Shown: positions 1 through 12,819 of the stretch, one piece after another
How positions within the stretch are numbered: position 1 is the first letter of the stretch
How the letters are laid out: each line of letters starts with the position of its first letter
Assembly: GCA_021613535.1 (NCBI GenBank)
Contig: CP075494.1
Coordinates: 1,426,001-1,490,000, forward strand
Direction of reading: 5' to 3'
DNA: 64,000 nt
Source: Adineta vaga
Taxonomy: Eukaryota; Animalia; Rotifera
Notes under the pieces: generated by a model
Told to the model about the DNA's origin: nothing
What the model saw: the letters and a program-made list of their open reading frames with translations, nothing else
Database searches by the model: none
Made by a program: the position numbers and the translations under genes

Positions 1-772
1 ATCATATAAAGGTGCCATTACTAGAGTGTAGTTTGTCATGGTGTATAACAGTAATATTATATTCTGATTTACTGAGTGCTCTGTATTCTCGTTTGTTACT
101 ATTAAATTGGTATATCGAAAAGCAGGATGAAAACTAGTATTGTAGAGATAATAAGTTATAGTTCCTCTGGTTGAAGTTTGAAAACTAAAATTATAATCTG
201 CAGTTGTTAAAACATTGAATTCCAAAGCTTCATAATAGTTAGGATATTGAAGACATGGACGTATAGCATTAAATTTATTACTATTTGTCGTCAATACGTA
301 CGAATGATGAGATGATTTTTGACTTGAAATAACTAATCAAGAAATAGAAAAGATATTTCGTCACATTTTTTATTCCTAATTGGTTGTTTAGATGATTTAC
401 TGATTATCGATTGCATAGTTGTCTCATTTGTCATGATGCTGCTGCTACCAGTGCTTGTTGAACTGTCTATAAAATAACAATCAGAAGATTTTGTTTTCTT
501 CAGAATTTCATTTTCAGTTTGTATATTTACTTATTGTCGTTCTTGTCACCGAATCAATAGTAGATGTAAAAGATACATTTTTTGACTTTGTGATCGTATC
601 TGATCATATCAAATAAAATAAAATTTTCTTTGTCAAAATATACGCAATCATCACCTGTTGATTGACTTTGATTGCTTTTCTTTCGAAGAGAGACAAGAGT
701 TGCTACAGTAATAACTATTACCACCACTGTAAATACTAGGAATACAATACCAAACTTTAGATATGGATTCAT
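1..772 (-). CDS. Multi-exon gene or pseudogene with an N-terminal signal-anchor; runs off the window start; product unknown
   Basis: ORF 554-772 begins MNPYLKFGIVFLVFTVVVIVITVATLVSLRKK (hydrophobic helix). Several GT/AG-bounded small exons appear to follow on the minus strand. One apparent in-frame TGA lies near 230. Confidence 0.4.
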
Positions 773-1249
773 TGATTGTGTAAAGTCACAGATCTGTTAC
801 AAATAGAATAAAATATATAAATTTTGATTAAATGAAATAAATTATACTTTTATTTCCAAGAAAAATACTAATATATCATGGTTTTAATAAGTTTTTTTTA
901 TAATATACGTTTAAGATTTTCTCGAATATTCTATTGACAATTGCTAAAGATCAAATATTGTTAACACGATGTAGAAGTAATAAATCATAATATTCTTTAA
1001 AAAAAGCCTCCAGCATTCTTTCTTCAGATCTCACACCTCTCTTATGGTTATTTTTATTTTAAATCACTCATATATCCAAATGCTTAAAGTAATTTAGATA
1101 ATCTCTCATTTGGATTAATAAATGTGCTGGAGCATTCGACAGTGTTTTTAATTAAAATACCGGTAATATTGTGTTTTTAATAAAAAATATACCACGCTTA
1201 ATGAAAAGCTTAAAATCGTGGATTTTGATTTCCTTATTTCGAACATCTC

Positions 1250-1707
1250 TCATGAAGTCGGAACGTGCAACCTCTACGTGGTATGAGAGAGAAACTTAAA
1301 GATATCTTTAAGGCTAATGCGCGTACGCAGAAACTATCGGGCAGCAGCGATAGTGAATCGCAACGAAGTAATTCGGACTGCGCTGAAGAAGGAAATGGTA
1401 AACCACTTCAGTATACCTACCAAGAAAATTCAATGAACAGACAATCAACGACGTTTCAAGTTATGGTGCTGGAAGATGAGACCCTCAGGTTGAAAGGCAT
1501 CGAAAGTATGACTGGGGAAGAGCCAAGGTCGAGTACAATTAGTACTGTAAATAATGACGCTATTGAATCAAAACCGAAAGGAAGTTCAATCACTGAGCAA
1601 TACAGATACAAGCGGAAAGACCAAAGCTTTTTAAAAACACACTAAATTGACACATGGAATGTAAGAAGCATGAATCAAGGCAAGCTCGAAATAGTCAAAT
1701 CAGAAAT
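1250..1707 (+). mobile_element. 5' fragment of an RTE-clade (BovB-like) non-LTR retrotransposon, cut at the start of the endonuclease domain
   Basis: 1652-1706 translates TWNVRSMNQGKLEIVKSE, matching the GTWNVRSMNQGKLEVVKQE start of RTE/BovB AP-endonucleases. It is interrupted at 1708 by a hAT TIR. The left boundary is approximate. Confidence 0.75.
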
Positions 1708-2096
1708 CAGACATGGGCAAGTCATCGGGTTTTTGACCCAAGTCAAGTCGAGTCGAGTCATAGTCTGTTTCTAAAAATTTCAATTCAAGTCAAGTCAAAT
1801 CATATCTGAAAATCGTCAAGTCGAAGTTAAAATTCAAGTCAAGTCAAGTCATTTGTTGACTTGAAATAAATCGAACCGAATTTAAGTCAAGTGAAGCAGA
1901 TTTTTCGCTAAATTTCATCAATCTCATTTATTTTTGAAAAGATCAATATGGTACTTTCATTCTATATGAAAAGAAGTAAATTTTCAACACGATTATAGGC
2001 AAGAAAATAAACAAATGTGCTAGATAACATAACAAAATAATATAACTAAATTTCACTGTTACATTTCAATAATGTTAACTGTTGAAGAGTATTACG
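1708..2096 (-). mobile_element. Truncated hAT transposon end (TIR, AAGTC subterminal repeats, last codons of transposase)
   Basis: TIR CAGACATGGGCAAGTCA differs by 1 nt from the TIR at 17204. AAGTC repeats lie at 1740-1890. 2046-2096 encodes RNTLQQLTLLKCNSEI*, compared with RKTLEQLTMLKCNSGTA* in the element at 17.5 kb. Confidence 0.85.
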
Positions 2097-2144
2097 AGTG
2101 TGGGTGTGGGTGAAAGAAAGACACACACTCACATCTTCAAGATG
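2096..2144. repeat. Telomere-like palindromic element (TLP)
   Basis: GAGTGTGGGTGTGGGTG-aaagaaaga-CACACACTCACATCTTCAAGATG. Confidence 0.8.
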
Positions 2145-2201
2145 TAACTTACAAAAAGCAATGTATGCAGTAATTAGCCGCTCCCGCAACGAAATCATCG
2201 T

Positions 2202-2264
2202 ATCTTGAGGGTGTGGGTGTGTTCGTCTTTCTTTTACCCACATCCACACCCGCCAAATCTTCAA
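2202..2264. repeat. TLP element
   Basis: ATCTTGAGGGTGTGGGTGTG-ttcgtctttctttta-CCCACATCCACACCC; the core is the reverse complement of the core at 2096. Confidence 0.85.
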
Positions 2265-3153
2265 TAAAAGATGCCTTTTTGCCAGATATGTTGTATTTGT
2301 TTCTCTATTTGCGATAATATATTAATAGACATAAGTTATATATGTTGTTTGAAAAGCATAGTTACCTTTTGTTGCGATTATATGAGGAAATGGAAAAGAA
2401 AAAAACAACGTTGGAAAAAATACATATTAAAATTATTCAAAATTTCATGTGATTAAAAGTTTTTTCCCGAGTAATGATCTATATAAAAAGATATTTTATT
2501 AATTCTCTTTAAAATTTTGCTTGCAAAATAACTTCATTCGCATAGAAACTAGATGAAAGAAAAGTAATAGAATATGAACAAAGCATGAAGACATCAAATA
2601 CTTCAGACAAACATGCAAGAACACGCGCACCTTCTCGTACCAAGAAAATATGTCAATAATGCACATACTTTATAAAAAGAAGAAAAAATCAACGTAAAAT
2701 AGTGATGTATATTACTTACGATACATCTTGAGGGAAGTATACTTAATTTTTGATAGAGTAGATATACGCTACGGGTGTATATTCTCTTTTTTCGATTATG
2801 TATGTCGCATTAATATTGAGTTAAGCAAGTAATGTTAATTCTTTTAACTATATCCTTATTCAAACGTAAGTGAAGATTACCAGATTTGATCATCAATTCG
2901 GATCAAACGATTCTTTACCATGACGATAGCCAACAAAGTCAATTTAGTAATAAATTCAGCGTTTTCTTCTAAGTAAATTTTTTTTATAGTTGGGAAAATC
3001 ATACTAATACGACTAGATAACAAATTCATTGCTAGTTCATTTCAGATTGAGCACAATTAGCATTAAATGACGTTACATGAGAGCAACAATTCAGCCTACA
3101 TACGAAAACTTTTTGATTTTGAAATGACTTAGCCTATTTGATAGAGTATAAAA

Positions 3154-3182
3154 CCATCTTGAAGGTGTGGGTGAGAGTGTGA
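3154..3182. repeat. TLP left arm only
   Basis: CCATCTTGAAGGTGTGGGTGAGAGTGTG; a lone right arm (CACCTCACCCTCAAGAT) lies at 3784-3800. Confidence 0.7.
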
Positions 3183-3869
3183 AAGTCGCTCATTTTCAGC
3201 TTGGTTATTTATCTTTTAAGATAAACACAGTTGCCCCCCAAAAGGACAATGTGACAATCTCTCTGACATGCGCTGTACGCGTGATACGGTTTTTCTCATC
3301 TAATGGATTATCCTTATTTCTGTACATTCTGATGTACTTTGATAGAATATTTTCTTGCGTTCTCTTTTGTAGGGACGAGTATATAAACGCGTGTTTTGTA
3401 TCAGAACGATGCGATTTACGAGGAAGAAATAAATAAAGGCGTAGTTCCATCAGCGCATACATCTCTTCCATCAAAAATCGCCACAAACAATTTTTGCGTG
3501 ATACACACTCATTTCTAAGCAAAGAAAAACGTTGAGTTGTATATGTATCCTAGTTTATTCTTTTACTTGTTTTTTTTCTTTCGTTCTCTTTCGTTTATCA
3601 CAGATACTTCGTTCTTTTTCATCTCTATAATCACATATTTTGTTTTTTTCCTTTCTTTCTCTACGTGTTATCGTTTCATATGTGTCATGTCTAGTAATAT
3701 TTATCCCCAGTCATCCAATAGGTATTTTCCAAAAATTTGTGATCGAGTATCGTATATATAGCGTATAATTTTTCATGAATAAACACCTCACCCTCAAGAT
3801 AATTAGATTCTGCTAATTCGCAAACACAGACACACACGCATATACAATTACTTTTAGAATTACAAAATT

Positions 3870-4403
3870 ATGGGCAATAGTGGAAGCACTATGACAAGTT
3901 ATAATTCTGATGGTTCACTAACTGAAGTTTACATCTTATTTAAAAAGTTAGGTGAAGAGTGTTACACTGGAGATGAACTAGTTTCTCATCATATTTGTCT
4001 TCTGAAAGTGAACGGTAAGTTCTACTTTACTGATCTGGGTTCTAGTTGCGATATAGGTGCTGGTCAAGGTAGTAAGTGTTCTTCTAGTGGAAAAGGACGT
4101 ATTAAAATTCGATTCGGTGAATATCAATTTTACAAAACACGTCCAATTTATTATTATCGTATTGGTTGCACACGAAAGACGCTTGCTGATATTGAAGATT
4201 ATGCCAATCGGAGTATTTTTAACGATACAGATTATCATCTACTTCTTCGCAATTGTCAAGATTACGTAGAGGCGTGTATTAAATTCTTAGAAATAGTGAA
4301 TCCAGTAAAAGCGCCAGGTAAATACGCTGGTCGTGAGACTTCTGGTGAAAAAATGTACGATGCATTGGCTGCAAATGATCCCGCAGATATTACTTTAAAC
4401 TGA
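3870..4403 (+). CDS. PPPDE/DeSI-like permuted papain-fold peptidase, possibly N-myristoylated
   Basis: Intronless 177 aa ORF. It has a His strand (SHHICLLKV) followed by YHLLLRNCQDY, the NC motif of PPPDE/LRAT-type enzymes. The N-terminus is MGNSGS. Confidence 0.75.
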   Translation: MGNSGSTMTSYNSDGSLTEVYILFKKLGEECYTGDELVSHHICLLKVNGKFYFTDLGSSCDIGAGQGSKCSSSGKGRIKIRFGEYQFYKTRPIYYYRIGCTRKTLADIEDYANRSIFNDTDYHLLLRNCQDYVEACIKFLEIVNPVKAPGKYAGRETSGEKMYDALAANDPADITLN

Positions 4404-5557
4404 AGATTTTACATCAACACTGACTCTATCACATAATTGCATCAGAACTCTTACTTTCTCATGATATTTATTTCAACAAATTTGTTTTCTGCATATTCTT
4501 TTTGTCAGTTACTTATTCGCTTTTCAATTTTCTCGTATTCTATACATAAAGGCATCAAGGAACAAACAACTGTTATGTCAATGGCGATTAAATGAAAAAG
4601 AAAGATTAAACAGGAATGAACATACTTTGGCTTTTGGAAAAATTTACAACGATCGATTAATTAAAGGTCTTAACATCTCAGTATTGAATGAAAATATAGA
4701 GTAAGGGAAATTAGACTATTCACACCTTGCGTTTTACTAGCAGATTGTAGAATATAAGAAAATATACCTTTGAGTTTCATTTTTTAAAATAGTGAATTTT
4801 ATTGAAGAGAGATAGCGAAAATTTCAAAGCGATTCCTTATGTATAAAAATTTGCTAGGATCCGGACCCGACGAGCTCTATTAGATATAGTTCAGAATCTG
4901 TTACACTATAGAATATGATTGGAATATCCATATTTTTAGGAAAAGGTGCAAGTAGATGAGCGTCTTTTGAAAAAGTTGGTCTAACAATACTGATAATATT
5001 TGATGTTGATACTATTTCGCATACACTACGAAAAGCATTGATTACATCCCCTGTCGTTAAAGCTAGTTGTCCATCGAGAAATTCTTCTCTAATCTAGTTA
5101 TATTATATTATTGAGAGATCACGATTGTTAACAAAAACATTGTATGAACTTGATTAAACCAGGATTTAATAATTAAAATTATTTTGTATGACACGTAGGA
5201 ATTGAATTATCGAAGACTTTCATGAATACCAAATTTCTCTTACATGTTGTATATGTTGTTGAATAAAGAAAACGTAAAAGTATAACGATCAAAACCTCAT
5301 CAATATGTCTATAATATACAATTGATCAAAGTTAAAATAAAAAATATATATTTTCAATTTCGTTAATTATTCGCCCATAGTCTTATTTTTGAAAAGGATC
5401 CTTTTATTTTCAGCTTCTTTTTTGACCAATTAGTGAACTAAGCAAATAATTGATGTTTGCAAGACTCTTTCCTACGAGAAAGAGAAAAAGCTTTCAGTGC
5501 AATCCCTTGGGGGATTAAAAATGTGAAACACGATAGATCTGTTTTTATTGCTAGTAA

Positions 5558-5604
5558 GGATGAGTGTGGGCTATCCTCATCCACGTCTAAACCCTCAAAG
5601 ATGG
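5558..5604. repeat. TLP element (degenerate)
   Basis: GGATGAGTGTGGG...CTCATCCAC...ACCCTCAAAGATGG. Confidence 0.6.
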
Positions 5605-6110
5605 AGTCATGCAGTCATTGAATCAGTCGGTGGTGTTTGTAGGAGATCCTGAGTCTGTCGATTACATCTGTGACGGAGGCAATTTAAGGTATCGGTGACG
5701 TCTGTGGGGGAGGGCAAAGCATTTTTACTCTGTCGGTCATGTCTTTGGGGGGGGGGGGGATTTCTACCCTTAAACACTTCAACACTCTCTTTCAGATCGT
5801 GTTTCACAAAATTATGAAATAACTCGTCATTTTCATCAATATTGCAATAAAAAAAAAGAAAGAATTTCTTGGAATTTTTCATATGATTTTCTATTGAAAT
5901 AAATATCAACTAACTAATTTGAGTTCAAATATAAATGAAGATTTAAAAAAAACCTTAGCATAAAACTAATTCTTCAGGAAAACATAGTTTTAGTTGTACA
6001 CATACTTCTAATTCATATTTCGACATAGATATGAATAGATATGTAATTCATAACTTAAGCAAAGACGAAAATTAATCTATTCCTATTTTCATAGGAGAAC
6101 ATAGAAATGC

Positions 6111-6205
6111 ATGAAGGGTGTGGGTGTGGGTGTCGGTAAGGGTGTGAGTGTAGATGTTAGATAGATGTAGTATCCACACCCACACCCACACTCACACCCT
6201 AGGAT
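6111..6205. repeat. TLP element
   Basis: GAAGGGTGTGGGTGTGGGTG...gttagatagatgtagtat-CCACACCCACACCCACACTCACACCCTAGGAT. Confidence 0.9.
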
Positions 6206-6219
6206 CCGCTTTTTCCCCC

Positions 6220-7740
6220 TTGATTATAAGTATCCGCGACGTAGACATTTCCAGAAGCATCGAGTGTCACATCACTCGGATAATAAAGTAAATTGGAAGT
6301 ACTACCGGATGTTGCAATCATACTTCCAGCAATTAAAGTCCAACTTGTAGTTCCTATAACTCAACGAACAACATTGTTCGTACCAAAATTACTGATATAA
6401 AGACTTTTTGATAATGAATCAAAATAGATTCCTCGAGAACAAATAATTGTGTTATATCTTTTCCTGGACTATTTCCACCACCAACAATAGTTCCATTGAA
6501 AAAACCAATTTGATATTGTACTATTCGATGATTGTATTGATCTGATACATAAAATTTACCTGAATTTGTATCAAGTGCATATCCCCATGGCGTATTCAGT
6601 TCATCAGGTCCAAAACCTATTCGACCTAAATTTTCATTTGATAATGAGAACCAATATCAATTAATATCTACACATTCAATTCATATCTGTACCCGCAACG
6701 ATTGTTATTTATGAATCACTTTGATTCCATAGCAATATAGATATTTCCAACTGCATCAGCAGCAACTTTTGTTAGTAAACTTATTTGTGTTTGATTAACA
6801 ACTGTTGGTGAATTTGGTGAATTTGCAATCTTTTTTTGAATACGATTATTTTCATAATCAGCTATGTATAAACTACCAAACGAATCGAATATTATATCAA
6901 TACAAAACGAAAGACGACGAGAATCGGAACCATGTTCACTTAATACACCAGCTGTACGTGTAGCTTTTCGACTCCAACGAAGTGAAGATAAGTCAACTGA
7001 AACAAAAATTACATCATATCTTTTTTTTATTGTAAAAAGCGAATACTCACTGATATCTGTTCCTGAATTATTTGTTTTCGATGTATTAAAATTCTCTAAA
7101 ATTGAAATTCACACTGTTTCTTTAATTACCTTTAATGTTCCTGATCATTAAATATACAATTATAAAAAAAACACATTAAAAAATTTTTGTTTACATCATT
7201 AGTGATAGTTTCATTCAATACCGAATCGATTAAGATATGTTTTAATACATATATACATTAATGATTCAAAATATTAAAAAAACAACTATTTTCATACTTG
7301 GTTCGGTGAGGCAAACAGTTGGAACAGCGATAATGATAGCTATACTGGCAAGTAAGATATGTCCAGCTGTAGCTCTCATAATTTTTGGTAATCCTAACAA
7401 TGTGTATTTCCTAATAAATATTAATTAAAGTAGTTCAATAAGAAAAATAAAATGACCATGATTTTGAGTTGTTTTCAATGATGTTGATATTACCATTTAG
7501 AGTGAGTGGAGCTACCGAAAGTGATGCACAGAGAACCGATACTGGATCTGGAATTTCTTCATGGAAAATTCCGGCATCATCATCAATATGAGAATTAACA
7601 TTGACAATCACCATTATAGAATCTAAAAAAGACAGATATTCTTTGAATTTATTATAAATATTATACGCTTGTTTAAGTTCAAAAATATGTACGTATTCAG
7701 TATTTTTCAAATGAAAGAAAGAAGTATATTCTTCCTTCAT
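6220..7740 (-). pseudogene. NHL-repeat protein pseudogene, 3'-truncated
   Basis: Minus-strand translations include DIIFDSFGSLYIADYENNRIQ, GFGPDELNTPWGYALD..FYVSDQYNHRIVQY and YPSDVTLDASGNVYVADTYNQ. Stops and frameshifts are present. Homology ends mid-blade about 15-20 bp from the TLP at 6111-6205. The 5' exons up to 7740 are tentative. Confidence 0.75.
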
Positions 7741-8069
7741 AATCGATCATGACATCCATTAATTTATTTCATTTCGTATGTATTTTTTGTTAATTACGGG
7801 TAAATTCTGTGCACATTTTACGCATAAACATGTTCCAGAACAAATGTTAATAATTGAACTAATCATATAAATAATATATGATTGCATTTTGACGAACAGA
7901 TTCGTCTGACATCTAACGGTGTGTTTTATTGTCATTTGAAAAAATTATTGATTTTGATATGACTCATTTCTATGTATAAAACTATAATTGAAAATGATGA
8001 AAGAGATTTTTTTTTCATATTCGTCTCATTGACATACTCTTTTCTTAATTGTCAGTTGTAATTCTAAAG

Positions 8070-10803
8070 ATGAATGTAAAAGAAATTCGTTTGTTAATAA
8101 ATAAACCAACAAATATTCGAAATATTTGTCTTATTGGACAAATGAATAGTGGGAAATCAACATTAATTAATCTATTTCAAAATCAAATCCCATTTAATAA
8201 TACACAAACAATTCGATCAAAGTAAAAAAAGAATAAATATCTTTTTCTTTGAATTCAATATTAATTTTCTAGACCTTATCTATTTCGTTATAAATCACCT
8301 GAAGATGAACAAGATTTTCTAATAAATCTTCTTGATACACCAGGTCATATCGATTTTTCTTCTGAAGTCATAACTTCATTACGTATTTGTGATGGTGCAT
8401 TTCTTATAATCGATTGCATATCAGGTTGATTCTATTATTTTGCTTTTCCATCTCAATCCATCATATCAATTTATAGGTATTTCTATTCAAACTGAACTTG
8501 TCCTTCGTCAACTAATTCTTGAACGTATTAAACCAATAGTATTTCTAAATAAATTTGATGAAATATTTCTTAATTTACAAATTGAATACGAAGATATTTA
8601 CCAACATTTTCAACGTATTATTAAAAATATTAATTCCATCGGTGATTTACAAGTAAAAAAAGAGAAGATTGACGATTTTTTTAAAACTTTTATATCTTTA
8701 GATTCATCCGGTAAAAGGTACCGTTAGTTTTGGTAGTTGTCTTCATGGTTGGGCATTTACATTGAAAGAATTTGCTGATATTTATTCAATTAAATTTGGA
8801 ATTGATAATAATAAATTAATGGAATATCTTTGGGATGATCATTTTTATTCATTTGAAAATAATCAATGGTCAGAAAATAAAACAGAAGGTTATCATCGTG
8901 GATTTTGTCAATTTATTCTTGATCCATTATTTAAAATCTATCAGATTATTAAGAATTATAAAAAAGATGAATTGGAACGATTAATGAATCAGTTAAATAT
9001 TAATAATGATAAAGAACTTTCAGAAAAAGGTGATGAAAATTTACTGAAATTGATTATGAAACAATGGTTAGCAATTGATAATATTCTTTCGAAAATGATT
9101 ATTATTCATTTACCATCACCGATTATTGCACAAAAATATCGTACAGAAATTCTTTATCAAGGAGATGAAATGTCTTCATATATGAAAGAATGTGATCCTG
9201 ATGGGCCATTGATGATTTATATTTCAAAAATGATACCGCAATCGGATACAAATCGTTTTTATGCAGTTGGTCGAATCTTTTCCGGAATTGTTCGAACAAA
9301 TCAAACAGTTCGAATTATGGGTCCAAATTTTATCTTAGGAAAAAAAGATGATTTGTTTATAACAAATCTAGAGTTTAGTCCAATAATCTTTATGGGTGAT
9401 AGAATTGAATCAATAGACGAGATTCCATGTGGAAATATTTGCGGTTTAATTGGTATTGATCGTTATTTAATTAAAAATGGAACGATCACAACATATGAAA
9501 ATGCATATCTTATTCGGGTAATTAATCTTTTTTTCTTCTATTGAATTTGAATTTTGTTTTATTTTTTTTTAGAAAATGAAATTTCATGTAAGTCCTCTTG
9601 TACGTGTAGCTGTTGAACCGACAAATGTTGAAGATTTACCAAAATTAATTGAAAAATTAAAATATTTAAATCAATTAGATCCAATTGTTGAAGTAAATTT
9701 TTCAATTTTTTTATTTAATTTCTGTTTTTTTTCTTCTTTTCAGTGTACTTGGGAAGAATCAGGTGAACATATAGTCAAAGCAATTAGTGAATATCATTTA
9801 CAACATTGTTTAAAAACTTTTAAAGAAAATTCCATCAAAGTTTCTGATCCGATTATTTCTTATTGTGAAACTGTTTCTCAACAATCCGATCGACTATGTT
9901 TATCAAAATCACCGAATAAACATAGTCGGATTTATATGACAGCTCAACCATTACCAAATGGTTTAGCTGAAGATATTGAAAATGATCGAATAATATTTAA
10001 TCAAGACATAAAGACACGTACTCAATATTTAGTTGAAAGTTATAATTTTGATGTAACTGACGCACGAAAGATTTGGTGTTTTGGACCAAATGAAAATGGA
10101 CCAAATATGTTAATTGATTGTACAAAAGGTGTACAATATTTAAGTGAATTTAAAGATTTTTTTCTTAAAATGTTTCAATTTACGACAAAAAATGGAATTT
10201 TGATTGAAGAAAATCTTCGAAATATTCGTTTTGATATTCATGATATTACTCATACACCTGATGCAATTCATCGAGGAGGTGGACAAATACTTCCAACTAT
10301 TCGACGAGTCATGTATGCATCAATGCTTACAGCTCAGCCAAGACTTTACCAACCAATTTATTTATCAGAAATACAAGTTTGTTGATTTGAACAAGAATAT
10401 TGTATGAATTATGTCGTCTTGTTTTTTAGTGTTCAGATGTGAATATTCCTTATGTTTATGGTGTTTTAAATCGTTATCATGGAATTATTTCTGAACAATG
10501 TAATCTTATTAAACCATCTCATTTAATAATTAAAGCATATTTACCTGTGTGTGAATCATTTAGTAAGAATAAAAATTGGAATTTTTCTTTAAAAATGAAT
10601 TTTCTTTTTTATCGATAGGTTTTAATAATATTCTTCAATCAAATAAAATTATTTCACAATGTTTATTTGATCATTGGGAATTAATTAATGAAGATCCATT
10701 GGACGAAACATCAAATATTCGACGTATTATTCATAATATACGGAAATTTAAAGGATTGAAAGAAGAAATTCCACATTTGAATGATTATTGTGATAAACTA
10801 TAA
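8070..10803 (+). CDS. Divergent eukaryotic elongation factor 2 paralog (8 exons)
   Basis: Exons ~8070-8221, 8273-8424, 8477-8652, 8702-9517, 9573-9692, 9744-10376, 10430-10562, 10619-10803 join in frame across GT-AG introns. Motifs: [74 protein letters not shown]. Confidence 0.92.
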
Positions 10804-10862
10804 TTGAAATCGAAGAACACTGTTGAAATAAATAAAGAAAGATTGTACTACCTTCTATGAAC

Positions 10863-10915
10863 CCATGAGTGCGGGTATAACTTAAGATTGACACCCTCAC
10901 CCACACCCACTCTAG
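10863..10915. repeat. TLP element (degenerate left arm)
   Basis: CCATGAGTGCGGGT...ACACCCTCACCCACACCCACTCTAGA, 60 bp after the EF-2-like stop. Confidence 0.65.
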
Positions 10916-11137
10916 AAAAAAGTACACTTCCAAAGGAAAATCTTTTAGGAAAAAGAATCAATAAATTCCATTTTGTCAGTCCTTCAGTCGAAGATCAAGC
11001 GGCTCGCTTGAAGCGAGTCACCGCCGACGAGCGTTATTTATGTAAATAAAAGTTGGAGAAAAAGATGTCAAATTTGTTGATACAATTTACTTGAATCGCA
11101 TCGCAAAAAAATCATATTTAAGAAACTCTAAATAGTA

Positions 11138-12492
11138 TTAAGCAGTACAATATCGTAAACTACAAGTGGGTACATCAATTAAAAGAAAAACATAAAACGT
11201 ATCACAATTAGTAATTGATATTGAATTGGACCAATTACATGTATTACCAGACCAATAATAACAAACAGTGCCATTGACTGTATTGCCAGCTAATGTTGGA
11301 TAAGAATCTTTAAACCAACCAGGTGCATTTGTACCACAATAATTATATCCTGGATTATAAGTAATTATCGCTGTTCCAGCTGGACTTAAGAAACGAATCC
11401 ATTTGCCTGTTGATCCAAATACTGATTGATCACAACTTGAACTTGAACTATAACCAACATTACGTGTTGAATCTGAATTATTACTGTAGCTGAAACATTG
11501 TGCTGGAAGCGCACTTGAAGTTGTCGTTGTTGTTGTAGAAGTTGATGATGTTGATGTTGATGAAGTCGAAGAAACTGTCGTTGTTGATGCTATTTAAAAA
11601 TTAGTTTTTATTATCATTCATTGCAGTGGGCGAAAGTTCAGTTTCAGTTTCCTGAATACTGACAGCACTAGTATCGCACATCCTATGAAGATGCGATTGC
11701 ATCTGATGCAGATTTTTCTTAGTAAAAATAAATGAAAAACAGGATCGAGGTAAACTCTACGATGGACTTTGTTTTACTCAAATAGTATCCAGTCATAAAA
11801 GAAGATCACTGATTTATTGTTTTAATAATCTTATCATTTAAAGTACTAAACGAATCTTACGATAAGTTGTTTTCGGTCGTGTCAAAACAACTGAAGGTAT
11901 AATAATTGACGATACTAGTCGCAAAAGTCCAATCACCAATGATATAGCTATGCATCTTTTGTTACATCTAAAACATTTCAATTTACATAAAAAATGCTTA
12001 TGATTTAGTATTCAATACTTTGATGTTTTCTTTCGATCGAAATATCCACTTGGATTTAAATGGAATATCTAGCATTTCAAAAATAAAAAAGTTTATTCTT
12101 TCTATTTCGATAATTGATCAATTTATGAAGTTACGTACATTAGTTTCTGTTGCTTTTGAACTATTCTTTATCGTTGCAAAGTAATTATTAAACTTTGATG
12201 CCATTCGATTTGAATTGTAGTCCAATCTAGAAAGATGAGGTTGCTGAACATTCGTTAATCTCGTAGAAGAATGTGAGACATCGTGATAGCGTGAAAAGGA
12301 AGGAAGTTGATGATGATGATGATTATTAAGAGTTGGCATTGTGGATTTGTTTGTGGGAGAAATCTTTGATTTTGGTCGTATTGATACATGAATAATTCTG
12401 ATAGGTCTCGATGAGGTGGTGTTATGACTATGATGATGATGACGATGTCGGTTGGCTGTTGATTGATAAGTTTCGTCTTCCATTATAACCAT
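11138..12492 (-). CDS. Type II membrane protein with Ser/Thr stalk and C-terminal uromodulin/GP2/OIT3-like Cys-rich (D8C-type) domain
   Basis: His-rich cytoplasmic exon (12492-~12135) and a TM exon (~11860-11968). The last exon reads STTT..QCFSY..STRNV..SCDQ..WIRFLSPAGT..CGTNAPGW..YP..TVCYYW..C..ITNC..FYV..VPTCSLRYCTA*. Confidence 0.75.
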
Positions 12493-12819
12493 AACCTCCG
12501 TGTATTATGAAAAGAAATGAATTGAGTGTGTTTTTTTTCCGGAGACGTACTATTATATGAAAGTTGTTCCCGTTCAGAAAGGTTTCTTTCGTCGCTTCTG
12601 ATTAGATGAAACCAGTGAATCAACAAAAGAAATGAACTTTGTCTGAATTAGTTTCTATTTAAATTCAGAATTCAGTATGAAAATGTATAATCACTTGCAG
12701 GGTATCTCAAATATTTAATCAAAATTCTTTACATCGGATATCTTTGGGCAGGAGTCGACTTTTCCTTGAGCCGATTCGTTTCGGCATGCGTTCCAATTAT
12801 ATTCACACTGGGTCCAAGT

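Noticed and set aside
3167-3761. Overlapping short ORFs between the split arms
   Set aside because: No recognisable motifs, alternative start codons, and composition typical of AT-rich non-coding DNA.
5605-5780. GC-rich patch with a poly-G run next to an element
   Set aside because: No termini, TSD or coding signal could be defined.
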